A stretch of 63,956 nucleotides of DNA, the filler included, from Circinaria calcarea (lineage: Eukaryota), in the NCBI GenBank assembly GCA_051942165.1. It is 4 parts of 4 records of this genome, joined end to end, with 100 filler letters (N's around TTAATTAATTAA, not from the genome) between each part and the next. Parts side by side here need not be neighbours in the genome. Positions count along the whole stretch, not along the records: positions 48,515 to 63,956 come from JAVECS010000364.1; 3 more parts are not named here. The stretch is one strand, 5' to 3'. Made by a program: the position numbers and the translations under genes. The notes under the pieces were generated by a model. The model was given only the letters and a program-made list of their open reading frames with translations, made no database searches and was not told the DNA's origin. This document shows, piece after piece, positions 60,685-63,956 of this stretch. Every line of letters starts with the position of its first letter. The first letter of the stretch is position 1.

Positions 60685-62878
60685 ATGGCGCAACGAAAGC
60701 TACAGCAGGATATCGACAAGACCTTTAAGAAAGTCGCCGAAGGTATACAGGCATTCGAAGTGATCTTCGATAAGATCCAGCAAACAACGAATGCCTCGCA
60801 GAAAGAGAAGCTCGAGGACAACCTCAAGACCGCCATCAAGAAGCTTCAACGGCATCGAGATCAGATCAAAACATGGGCAGCCGGCAATGAGATCAAGGAC
60901 AAGAAACCGCTAATGGAACAGCGAAAGCTCATCGAGAATGTATGTGCTACATGAGGACAAACATGCCCTTTCATATTAGGGGCTGATCACAGACGTTACT
61001 CCAGGAAATGGAAAAATTCAAAGCTGTAGAAAAGGAGATGAAGACCAAGGCCTTTTCAAAAGAAGGACTGCAGATTGGCGCCAAGCTGGACCCGAAGGAA
61101 AGGGAAAAATTGGAGGGCTGCCAGTTCCTGTCGGAAATGGTAGAGGAGCTGGAACGGCAGGTCGAAACACTAGAGGCAGAGGAGGAGGCACTACAAGCTA
61201 CCGTAAGGAAAGGCAAAAAGGACGCTGGGAAGTCGGATCGACTGGCGGAGATAGGGCGTTTGACGGAACGACATAAATGGCATCAGGCAAAGCTAGAGCT
61301 ACTTCTGAGGTCGCTGGAAAATGGGAATGTTGATACCGATCAGGTGAACGACCTCAAGGACAACATCAAATATTATGTTGAAGAGAATCAGACGGTGGAA
61401 TTCATGGAAGATGACACGATCTACGATGATCTTAACCTTGAACAGGAAGAAGGGATATGGGGGCTCAACAACGACGGCGATCGGGTTTCTTCGCAAGACG
61501 CACAGTCGATACAAGATGAAGTGCCGGAGACTGCAGACGGTCGGGGTACAGCAACTGGAAAATCAAAATCTTCTTCTGTTTCAGATCCTCCTTTAGCCGC
61601 TACTCGAAGACCATCAAATCAATTGAAATCCCCTCTGCCCGCTTTAGCCACGCTTCATACCCCTCTAGGTAATGTCACAAACGGCGCGGCGAACAATACC
61701 ATGAAACCGGCCCCTTTACCAACCAGAGCACCCGGAGAAACTCAGAATTACGCATCAGCAGCGGCAGCTGCCGCTGCGAGCGATAAAAATGCCGTTGGAA
61801 TAGCACCACTTCCCCCGCCACCTGGTATAGCTGCATCGTCGACAGCAACTGGTCTGGCTCCTTTGCCGCCCTCTTCGGCCCAAAAGAGCAGCGCCAACAC
61901 ATCCCCAACTGTCGCATCGTCATTACCTACGAGCACCCATCAAACACCGGCTCAAAAGGCCGTGTTGCCTGTGAACACAAGCACAGAAGCCTCCCCAAAT
62001 AGACACGTCAAGTCTCCTACGCCAAGTCACTCAAGCATAGCAGGTGCTACGAGTATACCCAACAGTATACCACCTACTCCGGCACTGGAGAAGGTGGAGA
62101 ATGTTGTATTACCGGGGCCTAGTGCAAAGTCGGTAGCGACTACCCAGCACCCGTTGCACGAGGATAAGGAACCATCACCTGAACCTGAGCAACCCAAAAC
62201 TCCTTCTGAACCATCAAACCAAGCTCAAATTACGCAGCCGAATAACGAACCTCAAATTGAGGAGGACGAAGACGAGTCCATTTACCACCTTCCCCCTGGC
62301 TTACAAGATCTCATTCAGTCGTTTGAAGTAACAAAGAGTAGGGCGACATCCATACCATCCCCATCAGTGCAGCGCCTCCTTAGCGCATCACACGCAACGT
62401 GTCCCGACTACCTAGACTCGGAGAAACCTCGACCTTATCGGCCCCAATCCAAATACAATACTCCACGATACTACCCTCAAGAGCCGTCGGTCATCATTGA
62501 CGACCCGAATCTCTACGGCAGAATCGATACCGACACATTATTCTACATCTTTTACTACCGCCAAGGCACTTATCAGCAATACCTCGCGGCTAAATCGCTC
62601 AAAAACCAGAGTTGGCGATTTCACAAACAATACCAAACATGGTTCCAACGACACGAGGAGCCCAAGTCGATTACGGATGAGTATGAACAGGGGACGTACA
62701 GGTTCTTCGACTATGAGAGTACATGGTATGATTACTGTCTTGTCCATAACCCGAAATCTATTTGATGCGTGGTATTCTCCTGGTGAGATCTTCCATGTTA
62801 ACGTCTCTCCTTTATAGGATGAACCGCCGGAAGGCAGACTTCAAGTTCACGTACAAGTTTCTGGAAGATGATCTATGA
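60685..62878 (+). CDS. NOT3: CCR4-NOT complex subunit Not3/Not5 (3 exons)
   Basis: [18 protein letters not shown]-terminal domain; NOT box [29 protein letters not shown]; last exon [11 protein letters not shown]. Confidence 0.95.
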
Positions 62879-63956
62879 TTAGCGCGGCGCTTACGGCTGA
62901 GGTTGGGCAGAAGGAATGAACGGGATCTTTTGGCGCAGGGCATTGGCATTATGCCCACCGGTTTTTGGGGACGGTGACCACTGTCCTCCTTAGCTAACAG
63001 CGACGATCAATCAGACCATTGACGCCACTCCGCCACGCCTCCTGCTCCATCAGGAAACATCCAATGCCGTCCCGTGTGCATGTTCTATATCTACGACCAT
63101 GTCTCCTCCCTCATGTAGCTGATGCTTGATTCCCGGCCAAATTTGCTAATCCGATTATAGACTTGGCAAACCCCCCCCCCCCAAAACACCTAGAAATAGA
63201 GATCGTACGTCTCATCTTTGCAACTTCCACTGAAACTCCCCGACGTGATCCCATACTCGCTATCTGCCGGAACAAAGCGAACTCATGATTAATAAGCTAA
63301 GTGGATTCTCTTTTACGCAATTCGAGCATTCAGCACCATGCTCCCATGCCCACTGTTTTTTTTAAAAAAAACTCATCACTTCTATTACTCTCGAACCGGG
63401 TTTGTTCCTCGGCTTTTACTTATTTCCAAGTGCGCACGAATAGAAAAATTAATAAACCAATGTGGATTATGACATTACAGGAAGGTGGTGTCGATCAGCT
63501 ACATGTATCACACCAAGGCAGAGAGTAATGGGACCTACCCCCATTTCCCACACACAGCCTTTTCCTCGTTCGGACTAAATGGGGCCTGGGCCTCCACACA
63601 TTCTGCCCGGATGATGCTTCTATACGTCCATGCTTGCGCTTTATGCATAAATGGGGCTAAGCTAGTAGTTTAAACCATGCCGCCAGCTCCTTCCTTCCTT
63701 CCTTAGGCCTTCGGCTTTGGCGGGTATTCTTGTTTCCTGGGATGGGGTAGGGGACCCGAAATGGGTACATGTTGTTGGGTCATAATGGAGGGGAAAAAAT
63801 AAAAATGGGTGACTTCACGTTCGTTTGGGGAGAAAACGGTAATATATAATATGTCAAGTGATCCTTCTCATTTCTTTGCCATAGACTATACCCAAAGCTT
63901 GGAACCCTAACTTTCTCTCTCCACGTTATCCGTCAAACTAAACCCTTCCCCATCCC

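Noticed and set aside
63903..63911. AACCCTAAC as a telomerase RNA template or telomere
   Set aside because: A single short match at the window edge with no supporting elements

Overview
Eukaryotic, intron-rich DNA from a filamentous ascomycete (Pezizomycotina; inferred from gene content and GT-AG introns with CTAAC-type branch points). The window is not one locus. It is four contigs joined by identical 100-nt N spacers carrying TTAATTAATTAA (16086-16185, 32253-32352, 48415-48514). Contig 1: RRF1, Hsp70 SSB, a tandem-bromodomain protein, CKS1, a thioredoxin-fold protein, a DUF3807 protein and two small paralogous ORFs I cannot assign. Contig 2: UTP25, eIF3f, TAF13, two F-box-like genes, a ~75-bp palindromic repeat array abutting a Nudix pseudogene, an SDR and a MetE-like gene. 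Contig 3 is accessory-like: an oxidoreductase fragment, a TIR-bounded MITE, frameshifted genes, a PTH11-like gene, an MFS pseudogene and two paralogous secreted proteins built from alternating Thr-X repeats. Contig 4: RasGAP, MRPL20, CPR6, DTD1 and NOT3. The best candidate for an undescribed system is the pair of secreted (Thr-X)n proteins, which may be ice-binding, ice-nucleating or self-assembling beta-sheet proteins; this function is inference only. Family assignments come from motif recall, not database searches.
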